From contig JAISWR010000004.1 of the NCBI GenBank assembly GCA_031270985.1, positions 2,195 to 66,194 on the forward strand: DNA of 64,000 nt, written 5' to 3'. This DNA comes from Bacteroidales bacterium (GTDB lineage Bacteria > Bacteroidota > Bacteroidia > Bacteroidales > UBA4181). A program made the position numbers and the translations under genes. The first letter of the stretch is position 1; every line of letters starts with the position of its first letter. This document shows, piece after piece, positions 39,176 through 47,415 of this stretch. A model generated the notes under the pieces. It saw nothing but the letters and a program-made list of their open reading frames with translations. It had not been told where the DNA came from and did no database searches.

Positions 39176-41020
39176 ATGTGTGGAATCGTTGGATACATTG
39201 GATACAGGGAAGCATATCCGATCTTAATCAAAGGCTTGTACAGGCTGGAATACAGAGGGTATGACAGCGCGGGAATCGCGTTGCCGAACAGACAAAACGA
39301 ACTGAACGTTTACAAGGTAAAAGGACGCGTGTCCGATTTGGATGAATTTTGTAAAAATAAGGATGTATCCGGCACGATAGGCATTGCCCATACCCGTTGG
39401 GCAACACACGGAGAACCGAGCAATAACAATGCGCATCCGCACTATTCCCAATCGGAAACCCTTGCCCTGATACACAACGGCATTATTGAGAACTATGCCA
39501 CCCTGAAAGAACAGCTTATCCGCAACGGATATACCTTCCAGAGCAGCACCGACACCGAAGTGCTGGTACAATTGATCGAGTACATGAAGATATTGAACAA
39601 AACGGACTTGTGTACGGCTGTGCAGATGGCGCTCAATCAGGTAGTAGGTGCGTATGCTATTGCAGTAGTGGAAGAAAACAACCCCGACCTGATTATCGCA
39701 GCCCGCAAGAGCAGTCCGCTGGTGCTGGGTATCGGCGAAAAAGAAACTTTTGTGGCGTCGGACGCTTCGCCTATTATTGAGTACACCAACCGTGTCATTT
39801 ATCTGGAAGACGAAGATATTGCCGTCATCAAACGCAACGCTCCCGTAAAGTTCGTCACCATCGGCAATGTGGAAAAGACGCACGAAATCATCAAATTGGA
39901 AATGAGCCTGAGCCAGTTGGAGAAAGGCGGTTACCCGCATTTCATGCTGAAGGAGATTTTCGAGCAACCGCGCACCTTGCGCGACTGCATGCGTGGACGG
40001 GTCAATGTGGACTGCAACAATGTCATCCTGTCGGGCATCCTTGACAACCGCGAACGCTTTTTCAATGCGCGGCGGATACTGATTTTGGCGTGCGGCACCT
40101 CATGGCACGCAGGGCTTGTCGGCGAATACCTGTTTGAGGAACTTTGCCGTATCCCTGTGGAGGTGGAATATTCGTCGGAATTTCGCTATCGCCATCCCGT
40201 CATTTTTCCGGACGACATTGTGATTACCATTTCTCAGTCGGGCGAAACCGCCGATACGCTTGCCGCTATTGATCTGGTGCGCAAAGCGGGCGCTTTTGTG
40301 TACGGCCTCTGCAATGTGGTGGGGTCGTCAATCCCCCGCAATACTGATTCGGGATCATACACCCATGTGGGGCCGGAAATCGGCGTCGCTTCCACCAAAG
40401 CGTTTACCGCTCAACTGATGGTGCTCTCCATGATGGCACTGTGCATCGGACGGGAGAAAAAAACCATCCCCGAACCGCGTTTCATCGAACTGCTGCAAGA
40501 ACTGAACAGCATCCCCGACAAGGTGGAACAAATCCTGAAAACAAACGATAAAATCAAAGAATTATCCAACATTTTCACCTATGCCCACAACTTTATCTAT
40601 CTGGGGCGCGGTTACAGTTATCCGGTAGCCCTGGAAGGTGCGCTGAAACTCAAAGAGATTTCCTACATCCACGCCGAAGGGTATCCGGCAGCGGAAATGA
40701 AACATGGCCCCATTGCCCTTATAGACAATGAGATGCCTGTTGTCGCCATTGCTACCAACAACGGGACGTACGAAAAAGTTATCAGCAACATTCAGGAAAT
40801 CAAAGCACGCAACGGGCGTGTAATAGCCGTGGTGAGCCAAGATGACACTACCGTGAAAAACATTGCCGACTATGTGATCGAAATACCTTCCACCGAAGAA
40901 TGTTTTGACCCTATTTTAGCAATCATCCCGTTGCAACTGCTATCCTATCATATCGCGGTGAACAAAAAACGCAATGTGGACATGCCGCGTAATCTGGCAA
41001 AATCGGTGACTGTAGAATAA
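39176..41020 (+). CDS. glmS: Glutamine--fructose-6-phosphate aminotransferase (isomerizing)
   Basis: 614 aa. MCGIVGY is the Ntn nucleophile, two SIS domains follow, and the C-terminus is NLAKSVTVE. Confidence 0.97.
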   Translation: MCGIVGYIGYREAYPILIKGLYRLEYRGYDSAGIALPNRQNELNVYKVKGRVSDLDEFCKNKDVSGTIGIAHTRWATHGEPSNNNAHPHYSQSETLALIHNGIIENYATLKEQLIRNGYTFQSSTDTEVLVQLIEYMKILNKTDLCTAVQMALNQVVGAYAIAVVEENNPDLIIAARKSSPLVLGIGEKETFVASDASPIIEYTNRVIYLEDEDIAVIKRNAPVKFVTIGNVEKTHEIIKLEMSLSQLEKGGYPHFMLKEIFEQPRTLRDCMRGRVNVDCNNVILSGILDNRERFFNARRILILACGTSWHAGLVGEYLFEELCRIPVEVEYSSEFRYRHPVIFPDDIVITISQSGETADTLAAIDLVRKAGAFVYGLCNVVGSSIPRNTDSGSYTHVGPEIGVASTKAFTAQLMVLSMMALCIGREKKTIPEPRFIELLQELNSIPDKVEQILKTNDKIKELSNIFTYAHNFIYLGRGYSYPVALEGALKLKEISYIHAEGYPAAEMKHGPIALIDNEMPVVAIATNNGTYEKVISNIQEIKARNGRVIAVVSQDDTTVKNIADYVIEIPSTEECFDPILAIIPLQLLSYHIAVNKKRNVDMPRNLAKSVTVE

Positions 41021-41034
41021 TCAAAAATAATTTG

Positions 41035-41042
41035 TACTTTTG
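41035..41042 (+). promoter_or_regulatory. Candidate -7 promoter element (TAnnTTTG) for frdB
   Basis: TACTTTTG lies 27 nt upstream of the frdB ATG, inside the 48-bp glmS-frdB spacer. Confidence 0.4.
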
Positions 41043-41068
41043 TCCCCAACAAAAATAGAATAATCATC

Positions 41069-41824
41069 ATGGAAAAGAAAGGATTAAACCTCACATTAAA
41101 AATATGGCGTCAGGAGAACGCCAAGGTAAAAGGCGGATTCAAAACCTACCGGATAGAGAATATTTCACCCGACTGCTCCTTTTTGGAGATGCTTGACCAA
41201 CTGAACGAACAGCTGGTGGACAAGATCGAAAAGCCCGTCTGTTTCGATCACGACTGTCGCGAAGGCATCTGCGGGATGTGCAGCCTGTTTATCAACGGTC
41301 GTCCGCACGGGAACGACAGCGGCATCACCACCTGCCAACTGCACATGCGCCGTTTCCGCAACGGCGACACCATCTGGATCGAACCGTGGCGTTCAGCCGC
41401 TTTTCCGGTAGTGAAAGACTTGGTGGTGGATCGCAGCGCTTTCGACAAAATCATTCAGGCGGGCGGTTACACCTCCGTGAACACAGGTGGCGTGCCCGAC
41501 GGCAACGCCATCCCTATCCGCAAGAAAAACGCCGACCTTGCCATGGATGCCGCTGCCTGTATCGGTTGCGGAGCATGTGTCGCCACCTGCAAAAACGCAT
41601 CGGCAATGCTGTTCGTATCGGCAAAGGTGTCGCAATTCGCGTTGCTGCCGCAGGGACGGGTGGAAGCAAAGGAACGCGCCACAAAAATGGTGTCGCGCAT
41701 GGACGAACTCGGATTCGGCAATTGCACCAACACTGGCGCCTGCGAAGTTGAATGTCCGAAAGAAATCAAAATATCTAACATCGCACGACTGAACAGGGAA
41801 TACGTCTGCTCGCAATTTGCGTAG
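41069..41824 (+). CDS. frdB: Succinate dehydrogenase / fumarate reductase iron-sulfur subunit
   Basis: 251 aa. The clusters are [10 protein letters not shown] (2Fe-2S), [11 protein letters not shown] (4Fe-4S) and [12 protein letters not shown] (3Fe-4S). It strongly resembles Bacteroides FrdB. Confidence 0.93.
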   Translation: MEKKGLNLTLKIWRQENAKVKGGFKTYRIENISPDCSFLEMLDQLNEQLVDKIEKPVCFDHDCREGICGMCSLFINGRPHGNDSGITTCQLHMRRFRNGDTIWIEPWRSAAFPVVKDLVVDRSAFDKIIQAGGYTSVNTGGVPDGNAIPIRKKNADLAMDAAACIGCGACVATCKNASAMLFVSAKVSQFALLPQGRVEAKERATKMVSRMDELGFGNCTNTGACEVECPKEIKISNIARLNREYVCSQFA

Positions 41825-42013
41825 AGAGATAACCATCGAACGATCCTTGTCCGCAAGAGCGAAATCCTGAAAATAAGTCAGGAGAATCCGCACAGTTGAA
41901 ATATGCATGTGTAAAATCGGTTATACCGATAACATGTCGCTTCGATCTTTATATGCCATCTACCCAAACATTAGATAGCATTTTCATTTTAAACATAAAT
42001 TACGGGATTTATC

Positions 42014-42177
42014 CCTAACTTCGTCATATTTACCCCGTCTATGATTGTAATAGTTTAGTAAACAAAAGTATGTTAGGATTTTATAGACTACCTAATTAGG
42101 TAGTCTATAAAATCCGTGTAATGGTTTAAATATTAATATTTTATAGGAAATAACTACCTAACTTTTGCGGAGTTAGG
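42014..42177 (+). mobile_element. MITE-like structured repeat, copy 2 (long form with terminal inverted repeats and flanking direct repeat)
   Basis: 164 bp. The ends are CCTAACTTCG... and ...CGGAGTTAGG (9 of 10 inverted). GATTTATC occurs immediately on both sides (42006-42013 and 42178-42185). The internal perfect palindrome is at 42077-42114. Confidence 0.8.
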
Positions 42178-42204
42178 GATTTATCTCATTGCCCGCATCC
42201 ATCG

Positions 42205-44337
42205 TCATTTTTTCATGCTGAATGAAATCCGTCGCCGCGCCGTATCTATTTCCAGTACGCGCACTTTCACTTGTTGGTTCAGTTTGACCACCTCCGAAGG
42301 GTGGGACACGTATTTGTCAGCTAACTGGGAGATGTGCACCAGCCCGTCCTGTTTGACGCCTACGTCCACAAAACAGCCGAAATTAGTGATGTTGGTCACG
42401 ATACCCGGCAGTTCCATTCCTTTTTTGAGATCTTCCATGCGGTGGACATCCTGTGCAAATTCAAATATTTTGACGCGGGCGCGGGGGTCAAGACCGGGTT
42501 TGGCGAGTTCCTGCATGATGTCGGAAAGTGTGGGCAGTCCGACGGTTTCGGTGACGTACTTTTCGGGATTGATTTGACGGCGCATGTTTTCGTCTTTTAA
42601 CAGGTCGTTCACCGATGCATTCATGTCGTGTGCCATTTGTTCCACAATATGATAACTTTCGGGATGTACAGCGCTGTTGTCTAACGGGTTTTCGGCGCCC
42701 GGAATACGCAGGAAACCGGCACACTGTTCAAAGGCTTTATCACCCATTCGGGACACGCTTCTCAATGCTTTTCGTGAAAGGAACATGCCGTTTTCCTTCC
42801 GGTAATCAATGATGTTTTGTGCAAGTTGCGGTCCAAGTCCGGACACGTACACCAGCAGATGTCTGCTGGCGGTATTGACGTTCACGCCCACCAGATTCAC
42901 GCAACTTTCCACCACTGTATCCAGCGCCGTTTTGAGTTTGTTTTGGTCAACGTCGTGCTGGTATTGTCCTACGCCGATGGATTTCGGGTCAATCTTCACC
43001 AGTTCCGCCAGCGGGTCCATCAGGCGGCGACCGATGGACACCGCTCCACGCACCGTCACATCGTAATCGGGAAATTCTTCCCGCGCCGTTGCGGAAGCCG
43101 AATAAATAGATGCCCCACTCTCATTGACGACAAATACCTGCATGTTTTGCCCGAAAACCATGCTTTGGATGAAGCGTTCCGTTTCGCGTCCCGCCGTGCC
43201 ATTGCCGATGGCGATGGCTTCTATCTTGTAAGCGTCTGTCAACGACATGATTTTGCGCTTGGCTGTTGCGGTTTCACTCTGCGGCTGATGCGGGTAGATG
43301 GTTTCGTTGTGCAGCAGATTGCCCTGTGCGTCAAGGCACACCACTTTGCATCCCGTGCGGAAGCCGGGGTCGATGGCAAGTACGTTTTTTTGTCCCAATG
43401 GCGCTGCCAGAAGCAATTGGCGCAAATTATCTGCAAACACGCGGATGGCTTCGTCGTCGGCTTTTTCTTTTGCCGCCGCTTCAAATTCCGTTTCGAGAGA
43501 TGGTTGCAGCAGCCGTTTATAGGCATCTTTCGCCGCTTCCTGTACCTGTCGGGTGGCTTCGCTGTTGTTTTTCACAAAATATCTTTTGATGATGTCCAGC
43601 GCTTTTTCTTCGTCAACGTTGACGCCGATGCGTAGAAATGCTTCGTCTTTTCCTCTGAGCATTGCCAGGACACGGTGTGAAGGGCAACGGCGCAACGGCT
43701 CGGAGAAGCTGAAATAGTCGCGGTATTTTTCGCCGTCGGCTTCTTTGTTTTTAATCACTTTGGAAGAAATGACGGCTCTTTCTGCAAAGAGTTTTCGCAC
43801 CGCGTCCCGTACGCGGATGTCTTCGTTCATTTGTTCCGCAATGATGTCTCGAGCGCCTTGCAGGACATTTTCCACAGCGGGCAAATCGTCGCTAAGATAT
43901 TCTTGCGCGAGTGCATGCACATCATTGTCCGTTTGTTGCAGCAGTTGCGCCGCCAAAGGTTCCAGCCCGCGTTCTCGCGCGACGGACGCTCTAGTTTTGC
44001 GCTTGGGTTTATACGGCAGGTAGAGGTCTTCCAACTCCGCAAGGCTTGCTGCATCGTGTATCTGCTGTTGCAGGCTTTCGGTCAGTTTGCCCTGTTCTCT
44101 GACGGAGCGCAGGATGGTTTCGCGACGCTTGTCCGTTTCAAGAAGCCTCTCATAGCGCATTTTGACGGCAGCAATCTGTACTTCGTCCAGACTACCGGTG
44201 GCTTCTTTGCGGTAGCGGCTGATAAACGGTATGGTAGCGCCGTCTGCCAATAAATCCAACGTGTTGCGCACTTGACTTTCCCGCAACCCTAATTCTTTAC
44301 AAATTAAGCTAATGTGTTGTTCTTTCATATCGGTCAA
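42205..44337 (-). CDS. tex: Tex family transcription accessory protein (S1 RNA-binding domain)
   Basis: 710 aa. The N-terminal Tex domain is TIPFISRYRKE, a YqgF-like domain and HhH follow, and the C-terminal S1 domain is GIVTNITNFGCFVDVG. Confidence 0.93.
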   Translation of the reverse strand: MTDMKEQHISLICKELGLRESQVRNTLDLLADGATIPFISRYRKEATGSLDEVQIAAVKMRYERLLETDKRRETILRSVREQGKLTESLQQQIHDAASLAELEDLYLPYKPKRKTRASVARERGLEPLAAQLLQQTDNDVHALAQEYLSDDLPAVENVLQGARDIIAEQMNEDIRVRDAVRKLFAERAVISSKVIKNKEADGEKYRDYFSFSEPLRRCPSHRVLAMLRGKDEAFLRIGVNVDEEKALDIIKRYFVKNNSEATRQVQEAAKDAYKRLLQPSLETEFEAAAKEKADDEAIRVFADNLRQLLLAAPLGQKNVLAIDPGFRTGCKVVCLDAQGNLLHNETIYPHQPQSETATAKRKIMSLTDAYKIEAIAIGNGTAGRETERFIQSMVFGQNMQVFVVNESGASIYSASATAREEFPDYDVTVRGAVSIGRRLMDPLAELVKIDPKSIGVGQYQHDVDQNKLKTALDTVVESCVNLVGVNVNTASRHLLVYVSGLGPQLAQNIIDYRKENGMFLSRKALRSVSRMGDKAFEQCAGFLRIPGAENPLDNSAVHPESYHIVEQMAHDMNASVNDLLKDENMRRQINPEKYVTETVGLPTLSDIMQELAKPGLDPRARVKIFEFAQDVHRMEDLKKGMELPGIVTNITNFGCFVDVGVKQDGLVHISQLADKYVSHPSEVVKLNQQVKVRVLEIDTARRRISFSMKK

Positions 44338-44487
44338 AATATTAATTTAATTTCCTGCCGAAAAACAGGCTGGTAAAAACGTTTACAAAGGTATCATAAA
44401 ATTTTCCAAACCGCATAGCGTGAAAAAATTTTAGGTATATGGGGCAATAGATTACCGGTTGGTATCCTCTGCTATAACATATTTGCA

Positions 44488-45849
44488 TCATTCGGGCAAT
44501 ATCAACTGTTTGATGCGTGTAATCTGTTCCTGTTTTTTTACCTCTCTAAGTTTCCGACCCGTAGCGGTGAAGTATTGGTGTGAATTGATGAATTTCAGTT
44601 GCATTTTGTTCCATTCGTTCAACGAGGACATTTTGTTTTGGGTTTTCAGTTCTTCGTACAATGAGTTGGAAACGGGGATAAAATCTGTGCGTCCAAGATA
44701 ATCAAGGTCGGCGTCGCAAATGATGGATTCAAGGAGGTCTGCGGGTTTGGGCGGCAGTTTGGTTGCCATGATGATGCGGCATATTTCGTTGATTTCTTCC
44801 GGGACGTAGCCGTGTTCGAGGAGCATTTCGCGGGCGATATCCGTGCTTCGTTCTTCGTGGTCGGCGTACGAAACGATGTGTCCTGTATCGTGGAAGAGCG
44901 CCGCTGTTTTCAACAGCAGTAGCCGGTGGTCGTCCAGTCCTTCCGCCCAGCCGATCAGTTCGCTTTCCGTCACTACGTCCACCGTGTGCTTCACATTGTG
45001 GTAGTACAAGTATTTGGGCAGTTTTTTTTCCAGCAAATCCAGCACTTGTTCCTGCAAGTCGCCGAAGCGGTATAGCAGAAAACGGGTACGGAACACATCG
45101 TTGGGCAGGCGATGCGCTGTGTCGGCAGCAAATTGCGGGCGGATGCCGTTTACACGGAAAAGTTCCAGATGATCTTGATACTTCACCGGAATAATACCGG
45201 TATAAACGCAGTCAAACAATTCTTTGACGAGTTCGTATGTCGTTGCCGAGATGGTGACGGTATTTTTTCCGCCCAACGATACGATACGGCTCACGATATT
45301 AATCGTGTCGCCTTTGATTCTGAATACCGTGTGTTTTTTTTCTGCGGCTGAAGCGGTCACCGCGCCCGTATGGATGCCGATATTAACGCACCAAGTATCG
45401 TTCTCGCCTTCTGTTTCCATCACGTGCAACATCTCCAGTGCGGCAAGCGTAACGGTAACCGGATTGGTGATATTTTTTTCCAGAATACCGCCCGCATAGA
45501 TGAGATTGTCGCCGATGCTCTGTATTTTCACCAAACGGTATTTTTGAAGAATGTCGGAAAAACGGAGCAAATAATGGTCAAGTTTATCCATTTGCCGCTC
45601 AACATTGAGTGCATTTGACATAATGTTCGAAAAGCCTTTGATATCGACAAACAGCAATGTCGCCATATTGAAACGCACTTGCCCTGATGCTGTGTCGTTG
45701 CTGTGTTTTGTCTGTTTGTACTGGTCAAGTTCCTCCATCGTTTGTTGATACGATTCGGAAAGCAAACGGTATTTTTCCCTCAACTCTTTATTTTCGGAAA
45801 TTAACGTCGCTATTCGTTTCAGCAATTGTTGTTTGGAATGGGCTGCCAT
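44488..45849 (-). CDS. Class III adenylate/guanylate cyclase domain fused to a PDE-like HD phosphohydrolase domain
   Basis: 453 aa. An N-terminal coiled coil is followed by cyclase motifs LLFVDIKGFS, SIGDNLIYAGG and GDTINIVSRI, then the HD domain YYHNVKHTVDV...AALFHDTGH...DADLDYLG. Confidence 0.85.
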   Translation of the reverse strand: MAAHSKQQLLKRIATLISENKELREKYRLLSESYQQTMEELDQYKQTKHSNDTASGQVRFNMATLLFVDIKGFSNIMSNALNVERQMDKLDHYLLRFSDILQKYRLVKIQSIGDNLIYAGGILEKNITNPVTVTLAALEMLHVMETEGENDTWCVNIGIHTGAVTASAAEKKHTVFRIKGDTINIVSRIVSLGGKNTVTISATTYELVKELFDCVYTGIIPVKYQDHLELFRVNGIRPQFAADTAHRLPNDVFRTRFLLYRFGDLQEQVLDLLEKKLPKYLYYHNVKHTVDVVTESELIGWAEGLDDHRLLLLKTAALFHDTGHIVSYADHEERSTDIAREMLLEHGYVPEEINEICRIIMATKLPPKPADLLESIICDADLDYLGRTDFIPVSNSLYEELKTQNKMSSLNEWNKMQLKFINSHQYFTATGRKLREVKKQEQITRIKQLILPE

Positions 45850-45939
45850 GATATGGTTTTATTTTCGATACAAACTTACACAAAAGTTTTATGGCAAAGA
45901 AATTATAGCACATAATTTTTATCACATGCGTAAATGATT

Positions 45940-45947
45940 TATCTTTG
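45940..45947 (+). promoter_or_regulatory. Candidate -7 promoter element (TAnnTTTG) for the rhomboid gene
   Basis: TATCTTTG lies 21 nt upstream of the ATG at 45968. Confidence 0.4.
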
Positions 45948-45967
45948 CCTTGAATTTCAAACGTGCC

Positions 45968-46777
45968 ATGAATAGAACGCCTGTAGTATTTAATTTGTTG
46001 GTAATTAACGTACTGTTGTTTGCTGCCACGTGGTTTCTTGGGAGGTCGGGAAACGATTGGCTGACCGAACATTTGGCGCTGTATTATCCCGCGTCATCTT
46101 TGTTTGCGCCCTATCAGTTTGTCACCCACATGTTCATGCACGGCGGGCTCATGCACATTTTTTTCAATATGTATGCGCTGTGGATATTTGGTACGCCCGT
46201 TGAGAATTCATGGGGCGGCAAGCGTTTTCTTTTTTACTATCTGTTCACCGGTCTTGGTGCGGCAGCGTTGCATACTTTAGTCAATTACATTATTTTCAGC
46301 GGTATACAAGCGGATATTACCGCATTTAGTAATACGCCTACTCCCGAATTGTTCAAACAATTTCTTGAAGCCCACAAAGATGGTTTCAACCGTGAATTTA
46401 TAGGCTATTGTTACGGGTTATACTCCGATTGGACGGATGCTCCCGGCAATCCGTCGTATGCGGCGGCAGCGCTTGACATGCTGCAACGGATTTCCAGCGA
46501 ACTGATGAACATTCCTACCGTCGGTGCGTCGGGCGCTGTTTTCGGCTTGTTGCTGGCTTTCGGCATGATGTTCCCAAACGTACGGCTGATGCTCCTTTTC
46601 CCGCCTGTTGCCATCAAGGCAAAATGGCTGGTGATAGGCTACGGCGGCATTGAATTATTTTTGGGATTTTCCCAGCCGGGAAGCAACATTGCCCATTTCG
46701 CTCATGTCGGTGGAATGTTGTTCGGATATTTGTTGATACGCTATTGGATTGTGCAAGCGCGCAAAAGACGAATGTAA
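45968..46777 (+). CDS. Rhomboid family intramembrane serine protease
   Basis: 269 aa. HMFMHGGLMHIFFNM and VGASGAVFGL (GxSG) are present, with a His in AHFAHVGGMLFG. Confidence 0.9.
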   Translation: MNRTPVVFNLLVINVLLFAATWFLGRSGNDWLTEHLALYYPASSLFAPYQFVTHMFMHGGLMHIFFNMYALWIFGTPVENSWGGKRFLFYYLFTGLGAAALHTLVNYIIFSGIQADITAFSNTPTPELFKQFLEAHKDGFNREFIGYCYGLYSDWTDAPGNPSYAAAALDMLQRISSELMNIPTVGASGAVFGLLLAFGMMFPNVRLMLLFPPVAIKAKWLVIGYGGIELFLGFSQPGSNIAHFAHVGGMLFGYLLIRYWIVQARKRRM

Positions 46778-46814
46778 CGGGATTTTGCAATGAATTATTG
46801 AAAATCGAATCATT

Positions 46815-47414
46815 ATGTTTTCTGGAATTATTGAAGAAGCCGCCACAGTGGTGAGCATTGAAAAAAAACAGGACAATATGGACATCACGCTGACCTGTTC
46901 TTTTGTAAACGAGTTGAAAATTGACCAAAGCGTGGCACACAACGGCGTGTGTCTCACGGTGGTTCGCCTCTCCGACGTTGCCTATACGGTAACCGCCATC
47001 AGGGAAACGCTGCTCAAATCGAACCTCGGTCTGTTGCGTTCGGGCGACAAGGTGAATGTAGAACGCAGCATGTTGCTCAACGACCGTCTGGACGGGCATA
47101 TGGTGCAAGGGCACGTAGACCAGACGGCGGAGTGTGTTGCCGTAGAAACTGCCGACGGAAGTTGGTACTACACTTTTCGCTATGACTCCTCGAAGGGCAA
47201 TCTCACGGTGGAAAAGGGGTCTATCTGCGTCAACGGGGTGAGCCTCACGGTGGTAAACTCACAGAACGGATCGTTTCAGGTAGCCATCATTCCCTATACT
47301 TACGAAAATACTAACTTTCATCAAATAAAAGCGGGGACAACGGTCAATCTCGAATTTGACATCATCGGCAAATACGTTACCCGCATCTTGCAGGCAATGA
47401 AGCCGCATCTTTGA
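46815..47414 (+). CDS. ribE: Riboflavin synthase (alpha chain)
   Basis: 199 aa. MFSGIIEE is at the N-terminus, and the duplicated lumazine-binding repeats are SVAHNGVCLTV and SICVNGVSLTV. Confidence 0.93.
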   Translation: MFSGIIEEAATVVSIEKKQDNMDITLTCSFVNELKIDQSVAHNGVCLTVVRLSDVAYTVTAIRETLLKSNLGLLRSGDKVNVERSMLLNDRLDGHMVQGHVDQTAECVAVETADGSWYYTFRYDSSKGNLTVEKGSICVNGVSLTVVNSQNGSFQVAIIPYTYENTNFHQIKAGTTVNLEFDIIGKYVTRILQAMKPHL

Positions 47415-47415
47415 G

